In this document: piece after piece, positions 40,887-50,007 of the stretch
How positions within the stretch are numbered: the first letter of the stretch is position 1
Layout: every line of letters starts with the position of its first letter
Assembly (NCBI GenBank): GCA_965277285.1
Contig: OZ255721.1
Location: 2,752,001 to 2,816,000 of the forward strand
Length of the DNA stretch: 64,000 nt
Source: Abditibacteriaceae bacterium
Lineage (GTDB): Bacteria > Armatimonadota > Abditibacteriia > Abditibacteriales > Abditibacteriaceae
Reading direction: 5' to 3'
Program-made: the position numbers and the translations under genes
The notes under the pieces: generated by a model
Database searches by the model: none
The model's input: the letters and a program-made list of their open reading frames with translations, nothing else
Told to the model about the DNA's origin: nothing

Positions 40887-42035
40887 TCAGCCGCGCGTGG
40901 CCGCAACTGCAAATGTTCCCAATCGCGGCGCAGCGTTCATCAACTGAATGGCAAGTCGCGCCAGACGCGGACTGAGCAACAAAGGTTCGAGACGCGTCGC
41001 CCATTGCAAGCGCGAAGCGAATTCTCGTCGCCAAGCGCTTTCGTACAATGGCGCGACATCGCACGCTTTCAAGCCGCCGCGCAAAGCTGCTGCAACAATG
41101 GAAGCCGCCAATTCGCCGGAGCGCGCTGCCATCGCCATGCCGTCGCCCGTCAAAGGATGAATGTAGCCGCACGCATCGCCACAAAACAAAACGCCATCCG
41201 AACGTACTGGACGATTATTGCCAAATGAAACATTCGCCGTCGCCAGCCACGAGAAAAGCATCGTCGCGCCAGCCAGACGCTCGCGCAAAGCCACATTGCT
41301 TTCCATCTCCATCAGCCAATCCCAAAACTCTTCCGGCGAGCGATGGTTGACGGCTTCATAGCGCGCCAGCAAACAAACGTTCGCGCGACCATTTTCGACT
41401 TTGCTCATGCCGCAATAACCACCGGGAAACGGATACAATTCGACGGAGTTCTCCAAACCTCGAACGTTTTGAAAATGCGTTTTGAAACCGGTGTAACGCG
41501 GCGTTTGAGCTTGGTCGTTTTCTTTGGAAGTGTCGCCCAGACGCACATTGCGTCCGGGCGCCGCGATAACAAAGCGCGCGCTCAAAGTGCGATTATCGGC
41601 AACCGAAACAACGCAAACATCGCCTTGTTTTTCAACTCGCCGCACGCGCGTTGAGGCGAAAGTTCGCACGCCCGCATCATGCGCCGCTTGCCACAAAACT
41701 TCGTCGAGCGCGTAACGCGAAAGCCCCAGAGCGCCACGCGGCAAAGCGCCTTCCCAACTTTGAGTATTGGAAGATCGAGTACTCGATTGCGACTGCGAAA
41801 CGACGACGCGCGCGATTCCAATTGAAGACGGCGCACTTTGTAAAACGGCGTTTTCGACGTTCAAGCGACGAAAAGTGCGACGAATTTCCGGAGACAAAAA
41901 CTCGCCGCACACTTTGTGGCGCGGAAAAGTAACGGCTTCAAGCAATGCGACACGAGCGCCACGTTGCGCCAACGCCAGAGCCGCGCACGCGCCACCCAAA
42001 CCGGCGCCAATTACAATCACATCGAAATCGGTCAT
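40887..42035 (-). CDS. NAD(P)/FAD-dependent oxidoreductase (geranylgeranyl-reductase-like)
   Basis: IGAGLGG, FPRHKVCGEFLS, GDACGYIHPLTGDGMAMA. Confidence 0.88.
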   Translation of the reverse strand: MTDFDVIVIGAGLGGACAALALAQRGARVALLEAVTFPRHKVCGEFLSPEIRRTFRRLNVENAVLQSAPSSIGIARVVVSQSQSSTRSSNTQSWEGALPRGALGLSRYALDEVLWQAAHDAGVRTFASTRVRRVEKQGDVCVVSVADNRTLSARFVIAAPGRNVRLGDTSKENDQAQTPRYTGFKTHFQNVRGLENSVELYPFPGGYCGMSKVENGRANVCLLARYEAVNHRSPEEFWDWLMEMESNVALRERLAGATMLFSWLATANVSFGNNRPVRSDGVLFCGDACGYIHPLTGDGMAMAARSGELAASIVAAALRGGLKACDVAPLYESAWRREFASRLQWATRLEPLLLSPRLARLAIQLMNAAPRLGTFAVAATRG

Positions 42036-42093
42036 AGAAAAGGTTCAACCCGCGCTACACGAAAAAGCGTAAAAAGAAAAGTAGTGATGAGTT

Positions 42094-42150
42094 GTACGGG
42101 CGAGGCATGCCTCGCCCGTACGTGATGCTTCGAGTACTCGAAGCATCACG
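42094..42150. repeat. two abutting perfect palindromes (28 bp and 30 bp)
   Basis: GTACGGGCGAGGCATGCCTCGCCCGTAC (42094-42121) and CGTGATGCTTCGAGTACTCGAAGCATCACG (42121-42150). Confidence 0.9.
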
Positions 42151-42159
42151 CTTTGCAGT

Positions 42160-42885
42160 TCAATGTTCCAGAAAATCCACGGCGCCGCTGCCGATTTCGT
42201 AAAAGGCGCCGATGACTTCGATTTGTTTTCTTTCCACGGCGGCGGTGACAATTGGGTTGGTTTTCAATTGCTCGACCTGATGGCGCACGTTGAGAATGAC
42301 GGCTTCGCGCATTCGCGCTTTGGAATCACGAATCGGCGGCAGGTCGCGCACGGCGGGCGCGATGTGATCAAGCAGAAAACGGATGTATTCCGGTTCGTTT
42401 TGGCGTTCAGTTTCGTCGCGCAAAGCGGCTGTAACGGCGCCGCAACCTTCGTGTCCCATGACGATGACAAGATGAACTTTGAGGTAGCGAACCGCATACT
42501 CGATGCTGCCCAAAGTGCTCGCTTCGACGATGTTGCCCGCCACGCGAATGCTGAAAATATCGCCCGGCCCTTGATCGAAAACGATTTCGACCGGCACGCG
42601 ACTATCGGCACAACCCAACACGACGGCGAACGGCGTTTGCGACATAATTTGCGCGCGACGTTCGTTGGCCGCCAAAGCCGTGCGCTGCGGCGCGCCGCTG
42701 TAAAAACGCGCGTTGCCGTCTTTGAGGGCGTGCAAGGCTTCCGCTGGCGTGTTGGCGCCCGGATCTTTCAAGCGCGCGATGTCTTCCATCGTCGCGCCAC
42801 GCTTGATCAGTTCCGCCACCAGTTCGGAAACATCCAGGTTTTCTGTTACAACGGAAGAAGCATTATCAGGTTTGGAATTGGTCAT
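42160..42885 (-). CDS. beta-class carbonic anhydrase
   Basis: GCADSRV, IRVAGN and GHEGCGA zinc ligands. Confidence 0.93.
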   Translation of the reverse strand: MTNSKPDNASSVVTENLDVSELVAELIKRGATMEDIARLKDPGANTPAEALHALKDGNARFYSGAPQRTALAANERRAQIMSQTPFAVVLGCADSRVPVEIVFDQGPGDIFSIRVAGNIVEASTLGSIEYAVRYLKVHLVIVMGHEGCGAVTAALRDETERQNEPEYIRFLLDHIAPAVRDLPPIRDSKARMREAVILNVRHQVEQLKTNPIVTAAVERKQIEVIGAFYEIGSGAVDFLEH

Positions 42886-43083
42886 AAATCCTCTTGGAAA
42901 GAAGTTTTCTTTGTTACAAGCTACAAGTCATCTCATAAAAAATCCAAGTTACCGCCATGTCTGCGAGTTCACGCGCAGGCAATGATTAGGTAGCAACTTG
43001 GTTAAATAAGTTCCTGCATCAAATTACCAGTTTGTCTTTCTAAGTCAAGCGCAACCTGACATATTGGAATTCTTCGCGCTGTT

Positions 43084-43809
43084 TTATACATTTTTTTTGC
43101 GCGCGATGCTAAAGCGAAACGGAAAGTGCGACCGCACGCGCGCGCTTGGAACTACGCTTTGGTGCACAATTTTTTGCATTTCGTCCGTTGTATAAGCGCG
43201 CCGCAATGACGCTTCGCCGTCGTGACGCGTTATATAACTGTGTGCGAAAATTGGGCGAGTCAGGCGAAAAAACCACAGCGGAACGTTGTGCCGCACCAAA
43301 TCATTAACGATCCAGCCGCGACGACTGACGCGCTCAAATTCGGCCAAAAGTTGATGAATCTGGGTGCTCCGAAAATGATGCAAAAACAACGACGAAATGA
43401 CGACATCAACGCTTTCGTCGCGCAACGGCAAGCGAAACGCATCGGCCTGCAACAAATGAATGTTTTTCGCTTGCGAACCTCGCAAATCTTCGCGTGCGAT
43501 CCGCAAATGGCGTGCGTTCACGTCCAATGCGAGTACTCGAATCGTCAGTTTGCGGCGTTGCGCTTGCTTCACCAGATAAAGTGGCAAATCGGCGCTGCCA
43601 GTTCCAATATCGAGAACAGTCGCGTTTTGAACCTGGTGCTTTTGTAACAGCGCGAACGTCGCATCTCCGATAACTTTGGCGCCGCCCAAATAGGTGTTGA
43701 TGCGGCGGATGTCATGCAAACTGCGCCGCACTTCATTTAATGAACCGCGATGCAAATCGAGCAATTCTTCGCGGTCGCTTTGCGGCGGAACCAGCCAATT
43801 CTTGGTCAT
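43084..43809 (-). CDS. class I SAM-dependent methyltransferase
   Basis: VLDIGTGSAD, SLFLHHF, NDLVR, RHDGEASLRRA; ATGA overlap with the upstream gene. Confidence 0.9.
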   Translation of the reverse strand: MTKNWLVPPQSDREELLDLHRGSLNEVRRSLHDIRRINTYLGGAKVIGDATFALLQKHQVQNATVLDIGTGSADLPLYLVKQAQRRKLTIRVLALDVNARHLRIAREDLRGSQAKNIHLLQADAFRLPLRDESVDVVISSLFLHHFRSTQIHQLLAEFERVSRRGWIVNDLVRHNVPLWFFRLTRPIFAHSYITRHDGEASLRRAYTTDEMQKIVHQSVVPSARVRSHFPFRFSIARKKNV

Positions 43810-45086
43810 CTTTTCAACACGATGGCCGCGTTTTTCGAGCCGAAACCCAGACAATTGCACAACGCCGTTTGGAATGAATGCGCGCGCGAGTGATGCGGTA
43901 CATAATCCAAATCGCACCCCGCATCAGGCTCATCCAAATTGATGGTCGGCGGCACGAAATTGTTGTGCATTCCAGCAATTGTTGCTGCAATTCCGGCGGC
44001 GCCGCTGGCGCCTTGCGGATGCCCGATTTGCGATTTGGTCGAACTCATCGGAATGTGGCGCGCCGTTTCGCTTAGTGCCAATTTGACAGCGCGCGTTTCC
44101 AGAGGATCGTTGAGATTTGTTCCTGTTCCGTGCAGATTCGAGTACTCGATGTGCTCGGGCGAAACGTTCGCGTCCTGCAGCGCCAAAGTCATGGCGCGCG
44201 CGGCTTCGTCTGGTTCGCCTAAAGCCACGCGATGAAACGCTTCGCAGGTCGCGCCATAACCGGCAATTTCCGCCCAGATTTTGGCGCCGCGACTTTGCGC
44301 TCGCTCGCGTTCTTCCAAGACAAACATCCACGCGCCTTCGCCCAAAACAAAGCCGTCGCGGTTGGCCGAAAATGGGCGAGAAGCGTGTTGCGGATCATCG
44401 TTCCAGTGCGTTGGCACGGCGCGCATCAAGGCGAAACCGGCCATCATCGCGGGCGTGATACACGCATCGGCGCCGCCGCAGATAATTGTGTGCGCGCGAC
44501 CATTGCGAATCAAATCGAGCGCGTAGCCAAAGGCATCGGTCGAACTGGTGCAACCATCGGAAACGGTGTGCGAGCGTCCGCGAAAACCGTGCGCAATCGA
44601 AATCTCAGAAGAAACCATGCCAGCAATCGAGCTGGAAATTGCATACGGCGAAAGATGGCGCGCGCCGCGACCATACCATTGCGCGAACTGTTCTTCGGCA
44701 AAAGAAAAACCGCCGCCGCCGCTGCCCATCACGACATGAATGTCGCGCCTTTCCTCGTGCGATAAATCGTTCAAACCCGAATTGCGCAACGCTTCGTCAG
44801 TCGCGGCCAGCGCCAGAGGAACCACGCGCGGCACGCGGTCGCGGTCTTTTTCGCTTGTCCATAAATGCGGGTCGAAATCGAGACATTCCGCAGCGACGCG
44901 GCACGACAAAGGTTCGTCTTTTTCGTTTCGAGTACTCGATGTGAGATGCGACAAAGGCTGCAACGGATTGAAAAGTGAAATGGTGCGCGTAGTGGATTCG
45001 CCTGAACGCAAGCCTTCGACCCAGCGCGTCCAATTGTTTCCAAACGGCGAAATGACGCCGATTCCTGTGATAACTGCGTGTTTCAT
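43806..45086 (-). CDS. beta-ketoacyl-ACP synthase, FabF-like (divergent)
   Basis: DGCTSS catalytic Cys, RDGFVLGEG, HGTGT, KSQIGH, GFGSKN. Confidence 0.88.
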   Translation of the reverse strand: MKHAVITGIGVISPFGNNWTRWVEGLRSGESTTRTISLFNPLQPLSHLTSSTRNEKDEPLSCRVAAECLDFDPHLWTSEKDRDRVPRVVPLALAATDEALRNSGLNDLSHEERRDIHVVMGSGGGGFSFAEEQFAQWYGRGARHLSPYAISSSIAGMVSSEISIAHGFRGRSHTVSDGCTSSTDAFGYALDLIRNGRAHTIICGGADACITPAMMAGFALMRAVPTHWNDDPQHASRPFSANRDGFVLGEGAWMFVLEERERAQSRGAKIWAEIAGYGATCEAFHRVALGEPDEAARAMTLALQDANVSPEHIEYSNLHGTGTNLNDPLETRAVKLALSETARHIPMSSTKSQIGHPQGASGAAGIAATIAGMHNNFVPPTINLDEPDAGCDLDYVPHHSRAHSFQTALCNCLGFGSKNAAIVLKR

Positions 45087-45150
45087 GTGTTTCCTAAAAC
45101 CAATCGCAGGACGCCGCAGAACGCGCTTCGCTTCAATTCTTTATGCTTTC

Positions 45151-45831
45151 TCACACTTCCATTTTCTGCAAAAGCCCGCGCGCTATTTCGCGGTCGCGCG
45201 CTTGTTCCCAAGCCCAATCTTCGTCGCGCGGCTGCGCAATAATCGCTCGCAAGGTTTGCTGCGCTTCGGTTTTCCTTTTCATCGACAGCAAGAGTTCGGC
45301 GAGATAAAGCTGTGTCGTCGAATTGTCAGGCGCAATTTTTAAGGCGCAACGATACAATTCCCGGGCGCGTTTTTTGGAGCCAAAAGGAAACGGCGTGCGA
45401 TGCGCCATTCGTCCCAAAACGCGCAATGTTCCGGCATGATGGAAACTTTCGTCGCGTTCTAAAGCCAATTGCAAACGACGTTGCGCGTGTTTTAAAGCCA
45501 TCAAAGCCGCGAACGGGTTTTTCGTTCGCGCCGCTTCAATCAGGCAAACGCCGAGCCAAAAATGTCCCGCCACATCGTCGGCCAAAAGAATCGCGCGACC
45601 AGCTTGTTGCCGCCCCAAAATGAATTCGTGGTGCGCGACGTTTCGCTTGTTTTTGGCTTCGTGCAACATCGCGCGAAAGTGATGCAAGCGCGCCAAACGC
45701 CAGCGAATCGAGTACTCGATGTCGCGCGCGGGCTTGGTTTGTAACGCTTCTTCGAGTTGCGCGCGCATCTGCATCAATTGCGATTCGTCGCCGCGTTGTC
45801 GCCACCAAAGATCGAAATCATCGAAGTTCAT
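45151..45831 (-). CDS. TPR-repeat protein
   Basis: WRLAR, GHFWLG and LYLAELL helical repeats; ATGA overlap with the permease stop. Confidence 0.7.
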   Translation of the reverse strand: MNFDDFDLWWRQRGDESQLMQMRAQLEEALQTKPARDIEYSIRWRLARLHHFRAMLHEAKNKRNVAHHEFILGRQQAGRAILLADDVAGHFWLGVCLIEAARTKNPFAALMALKHAQRRLQLALERDESFHHAGTLRVLGRMAHRTPFPFGSKKRARELYRCALKIAPDNSTTQLYLAELLLSMKRKTEAQQTLRAIIAQPRDEDWAWEQARDREIARGLLQKMEV

Positions 45832-47519
45832 GCGCGCTTTCTCCGTCGCAAAATCGTTGGAAGCATCGAAAGAAACGCTGACAACATCCAAACTCCGGCG
45901 CTCAGTCCAATTAAAATTAGGCACAATGCGGCGACTTTATCGAGTGCGAAAATGTGCATCAATTGAAAAATCGGCAAGGTCAAAGGTTGTCCGCCCGGTT
46001 GCTGCACCAAAACCGAAGTCGAAAGTTCTGAGGCGCACAACGCCCACGTCAAGGCAAAAACGCCCAACAGCGAAGAGCGCAAAAGCGGCCACCAAACCGT
46101 GCGCAAAACGCGAAATTGCGTAGCGCCCAGGCCGCGCGCCGCATCCAAAAGTTCGTCGTCCAAACGCGAGGCGGCACTTTGTAATAGCAAAACGCCGAGC
46201 GGCAGAAACCGCGCGAGGTAGCCGAATAACGGCAGCGCGAAACGTTCGATTTGATCCTGCAGCCAATCAATCACAGGAATGTTCGTCGGATCGGCGGTGC
46301 CGTAAATCCACGAAAATTGCGGCTGATTCCAAAAGTGAATGAGCGCGATTCCGGTCGCAATCGGCGCGATAAGAAGAGGCGCGACACAAACCATAAACGC
46401 CCACTTTCGAGTACTCGATTTCCAATTGTGCCAACTCGCCACCAGCACAAAAGAAATCGTGGTGATGAGAAACGCTGCCAAAGTCGCCAGCACGATGGTG
46501 TTTTCGATTTCGATGTTGTTGTCGCTGAGTGCTTCCCAAAAAACGCGCGCCGGACGAAGCAACGTCAGCAAAACGACCATTGAAGCAATCGGCGACGCCA
46601 GCAAGACGCCAACGCTTGGTGGCACGGCGAGCAACCCTTCGCGTCGTGCTTGCGGCGATAAAACGAAACTTCCGCCGCGGCCTTGCCGAACGTTCAAAGC
46701 ACGCAAAATTGGCCACAACGCGAGCGCGCCCAGGGCGAACATCGGCAGCGAATCGAGCGCCGCACGAAAATCTTTGCCGCCGCCCGAAAGCGCATCGGAC
46801 GCCGCCAAATCGCGGTAGATTTCGACCGAATAGGTGCGCGCGTCCAGCAAATCGGGCGCGCCCATCTCCCACATCGAAAGCAAAAACGCCGCGCCCAGAG
46901 CGCCCACAATCGCCGGTTTCAAGAGCGGAATGAGTACGCGTATCCAGGTTTGGCGCGCATTTCCTAATCCGCGCGCCGCGTCTTCAATTTCCGGCGGCAA
47001 GCTCATCAAAGCGGTGCGCACAGCAAAAGCGACAAGCGGGAAAAAGCTGAAAGCGAGCACGAACGACGACAACAAAATCGGGCTGAACGTCGCCGAATGC
47101 GTCGCGGCGACGGCGGCCATCGAGCGCGCGGGCGGCGTGCGCGTGATGTCGAGCCACGTCGTCGCCAAAACAACCGGCGGAATCGCCAGCGGCAAAGCGC
47201 ACAAAAGCGTTGCCACGTTGCGCGTAATTTTCGGCGCGCGTGCGCAAACAACGCCAACCGGAAAACCGAAAATGAGTGACACAAACGCCGTCACGAACCC
47301 GAGTTCGACCGTATTGCGAAACAATCCACGAGAGGTTTCATCGAGCGGCAAAACGTTCGACAATTGCGCCGGATGACGCAACGCCGTCCACAACGCGGGC
47401 GCGAACAGCGAAAGCGGCGGCAACCACAAAAACGCGGCGACCAGAAATATCAAGGCGACGCTGACGAGAAATCGTAGGGGCTTGGCGTTGCCAAGCCCGA
47501 TGCGTGGTAGTTCGGGCAT
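45828..47519 (-). CDS. ABC transporter permease, Fe(III)/FbpB-type (two modules)
   Basis: Two EAA-like loops (IEDAARGLG, LLDAARGLGA). Confidence 0.88.
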   Translation of the reverse strand: MPELPRIGLGNAKPLRFLVSVALIFLVAAFLWLPPLSLFAPALWTALRHPAQLSNVLPLDETSRGLFRNTVELGFVTAFVSLIFGFPVGVVCARAPKITRNVATLLCALPLAIPPVVLATTWLDITRTPPARSMAAVAATHSATFSPILLSSFVLAFSFFPLVAFAVRTALMSLPPEIEDAARGLGNARQTWIRVLIPLLKPAIVGALGAAFLLSMWEMGAPDLLDARTYSVEIYRDLAASDALSGGGKDFRAALDSLPMFALGALALWPILRALNVRQGRGGSFVLSPQARREGLLAVPPSVGVLLASPIASMVVLLTLLRPARVFWEALSDNNIEIENTIVLATLAAFLITTISFVLVASWHNWKSSTRKWAFMVCVAPLLIAPIATGIALIHFWNQPQFSWIYGTADPTNIPVIDWLQDQIERFALPLFGYLARFLPLGVLLLQSAASRLDDELLDAARGLGATQFRVLRTVWWPLLRSSLLGVFALTWALCASELSTSVLVQQPGGQPLTLPIFQLMHIFALDKVAALCLILIGLSAGVWMLSAFLSMLPTILRRRKRA

Positions 47520-47567
47520 CGAGTACTCAATTAGGACGACGGGCGCGGATTTGGCGATGCCACAACT

Positions 47568-48644
47568 TTAATTGCGCAACAAAATATCGGCCAGAGGATC
47601 GCGGATCGTGTCCCACGAAGCGGCCCATTTCGTTGTGTCGTTGGGCGCGCGACGAATCACGTTCTTCGCATAATTGCGAATGGCAACTGATTGTTCGTTG
47701 TCGCCCGGCGCGGCTTGCGATTGCAAGGAATAAACGCCTGGCATTTCACTTTCGATCAGCGATTGAGTACTCGATTGTAAAAGCGCATCGGCGAAACGAT
47801 GAGCCGCTTCGTCATGCGGCGCGCCCTGAACAATGGCGACCGTCATCGGCACAACAACGGCTTCGCTTTGGCCTGTCGCGTCCAGACTGACACTGGCGCG
47901 CAAGTTTGGGTTTTGTTTGTGCATCGCCAGAAAGTCGTCGCTGTCGGTCACGCCAGCCAAAAGTTCGCCGCGCGCCACGCGTTCCGCGACAACCGAGTTG
48001 CCGGCGACTGCTTGCGCACCTTTGGCTTTTAATTGCTGAAAGTAGGCCAGCGTTTTGGCTTTGCCCCAGCGCGTGGCGAGTGCGGAAACCCAATCGCCTG
48101 CGGAACCAAACTGCGGGTTGCTGACACCAATTTTGCCACCAAAACGCGGCGATAATAAATCTTCGAGCGAACGCGGCGGATTTTTCACTGACGCGTTGTA
48201 AACCAGCATTCGCGCGCGTTGTCCGGTCGCCGCCCAAAAGCCGTCACCGATTTTGAATGGAGCCACGTCCTGGCCGCTCGAAACCTTTTCTAAAACGCCG
48301 TCGCGCGCCAGCAAAAGCGTTTGCAAGGTCGCTGAACTCCAGAACACATCGGCGCGCGGACGGCTTTTCTCGGCGCGCAAACGTGTCGCAAGCCCGGCGG
48401 TTTTGGCAGCTTCGACATCGAACAAAGGCCGAATGCGAAGTCCTGTTTCGCGCTGAAGTTGGTTGATAATCGGGCGCGCGTATTCTTCATCAACCGAACA
48501 ATAAAGCACGACTTCGTTGGAAGTATTTGCGTTCTTCGAGTACTCGATCGTGCCATTCGAGGTTGTTGAAGTCTTGTGACAACCGCTTAAAATAAGAGAG
48601 GAAAGTGCGGCGACGATTTGCAAAGGTCGAAATGAGAAATTCAT
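47568..48644 (-). CDS. ABC transporter substrate-binding lipoprotein, Fe(III)/FbpA-like
   Basis: LSGC lipobox, RLRAEKSRPRADVFWS, RARMLVYN. Confidence 0.85.
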   Translation of the reverse strand: MNFSFRPLQIVAALSSLILSGCHKTSTTSNGTIEYSKNANTSNEVVLYCSVDEEYARPIINQLQRETGLRIRPLFDVEAAKTAGLATRLRAEKSRPRADVFWSSATLQTLLLARDGVLEKVSSGQDVAPFKIGDGFWAATGQRARMLVYNASVKNPPRSLEDLLSPRFGGKIGVSNPQFGSAGDWVSALATRWGKAKTLAYFQQLKAKGAQAVAGNSVVAERVARGELLAGVTDSDDFLAMHKQNPNLRASVSLDATGQSEAVVVPMTVAIVQGAPHDEAAHRFADALLQSSTQSLIESEMPGVYSLQSQAAPGDNEQSVAIRNYAKNVIRRAPNDTTKWAASWDTIRDPLADILLRN

Positions 48645-48663
48645 GGAAATTCGTGGAAGTAAT

Positions 48664-48749
48664 AGCGAACCCAAAGCGTGAGCGACGGGCTTAACTGACA
48701 ATGACAAGAAACTGTCAGTTAAGCCCGTCGCTCACGCTTCGGGTTCGTT
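48664..48749. repeat. REP-like inverted repeat, CGAACCC family, overlapping the thioesterase 3' end
   Basis: AGCGAACCCAAAGCGTGAGCGACGGGCTTAACTGACA ... TGTCAGTTAAGCCCGTCGCTCACGCTTCGGGTTCGTT; it supplies the last codons and the stop. Confidence 0.85.
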
Positions 48750-49154
48750 TTCGGTATCGATTGGCAAAGCCTCTCGGAAAATGGGCGGCACGCGCACCGG
48801 GCGAAAGTTCGTGTCGATGTAAGCCAGAGTTTGCGTCGCGCGCATCAGCAAAACGTGGTCGCGCGTGCGAAACAATTGCGATTGTAACGTGGTTGTGGCG
48901 CCGCTATGACGCACAACTTCGACCTGCAATTCGAGTTCATCTTCGTGGCGTGCTGGAAACAGAAACTCGATGTCGATGCGCCGCACCACGGCTTGTACTC
49001 CGTGCAATTCGAGTACTCGTTCGACCTGCAAACCCGCCGTGTGCAGTAACGCGTAACGTCCGCGTTCGAGATATTCGAGGTAGCGCGTGTTGGAAACGAC
49101 GCCCGCGTAATCGGTTTCAAAGGCGACGACGCGAATCGGTAAAATCGTTTTCAT
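48732..49154 (-). CDS. acyl-CoA thioesterase (YbgC/4HBT hot-dog fold)
   Basis: ETDYAGVVSNTRYLEYLERGR. Confidence 0.88.
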   Translation of the reverse strand: MKTILPIRVVAFETDYAGVVSNTRYLEYLERGRYALLHTAGLQVERVLELHGVQAVVRRIDIEFLFPARHEDELELQVEVVRHSGATTTLQSQLFRTRDHVLLMRATQTLAYIDTNFRPVRVPPIFREALPIDTENEPEA

Positions 49155-49172
49155 AATTCCACAACTGCATTG

Positions 49173-49988
49173 TCACATCAATTTGACTTCGTCGCGTCGC
49201 ACCCAGAACGGTTGGTTATAACCAGAAGGATGCCCTTCGCGCGCCATTTTTCGCAGCGCGTTCCAATTGTTGCCGGGCGGCAAAGGCGCGACAATCAGCA
49301 TGCTGTCGCTGGGAGCGACGACCGCGATTTCATCGCCATCGCTCATCGCTTCGCGCGCCAACAGCAAGCGTGCTGCGCTGTGCCCGTCAGGGCAATTGAC
49401 CGCAACCGCTTCGCCGCGATTAGTCGCCGTCACAGCTTCTCGCCAATTGTCAACCGAAAAAATCTGGCGCAAGTTGGCCAGCGCGAGGTCGTAAAGTTCG
49501 GCTTCGTCCAGGCTTAGTTCAGCAGCTTGCTCGTTCATTAAATACGCCACGCGGTCGGGAAAGTCGAGGATGTAGGCGACAGATAAGCCGTCGCAGAAAG
49601 CGCGGCGTGGCAGATCGGCGTCTGGTTTGTGGGAGCGCAGTTGTTGCAGAAACGAGTCGCGGATCAGGCGCGGCAAAATTTGTTTCTGATGTTCTTCCCG
49701 ACGCAGTTGTTGCGGTACAACGTCGGCGTTGTCCAGCATACTACGCGCGAACTTATCGTAGATTTTGCGGCGTTCTTGCGCGTTTTGCTTGTGCAAATGG
49801 GACGTTTCAAAATGCAGCTTATGCAGAAAAAGCGTGCTTTCGCGGTCGCGCTCGTCATGCAATTTGAGTTCGTCGGCGCTCACGACCTCGACGCGATGGC
49901 GCGGCCACGCTTCTCCCAAAAACGCCACAAACTCACGCACCACGTCGCTGGGCGAAAGAAGTTCTTCGCGCGTCCAGGGAAATCGCAT
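49173..49988 (-). CDS. hypothetical protein (DUF1444-like)
   Basis: ILPRL, AYILD, LALANL and SAARLLL pattern. Confidence 0.6.
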   Translation of the reverse strand: MRFPWTREELLSPSDVVREFVAFLGEAWPRHRVEVVSADELKLHDERDRESTLFLHKLHFETSHLHKQNAQERRKIYDKFARSMLDNADVVPQQLRREEHQKQILPRLIRDSFLQQLRSHKPDADLPRRAFCDGLSVAYILDFPDRVAYLMNEQAAELSLDEAELYDLALANLRQIFSVDNWREAVTATNRGEAVAVNCPDGHSAARLLLAREAMSDGDEIAVVAPSDSMLIVAPLPPGNNWNALRKMAREGHPSGYNQPFWVRRDEVKLM

Positions 49989-50007
49989 AAGGGAAAACGG
50001 CAACAAA

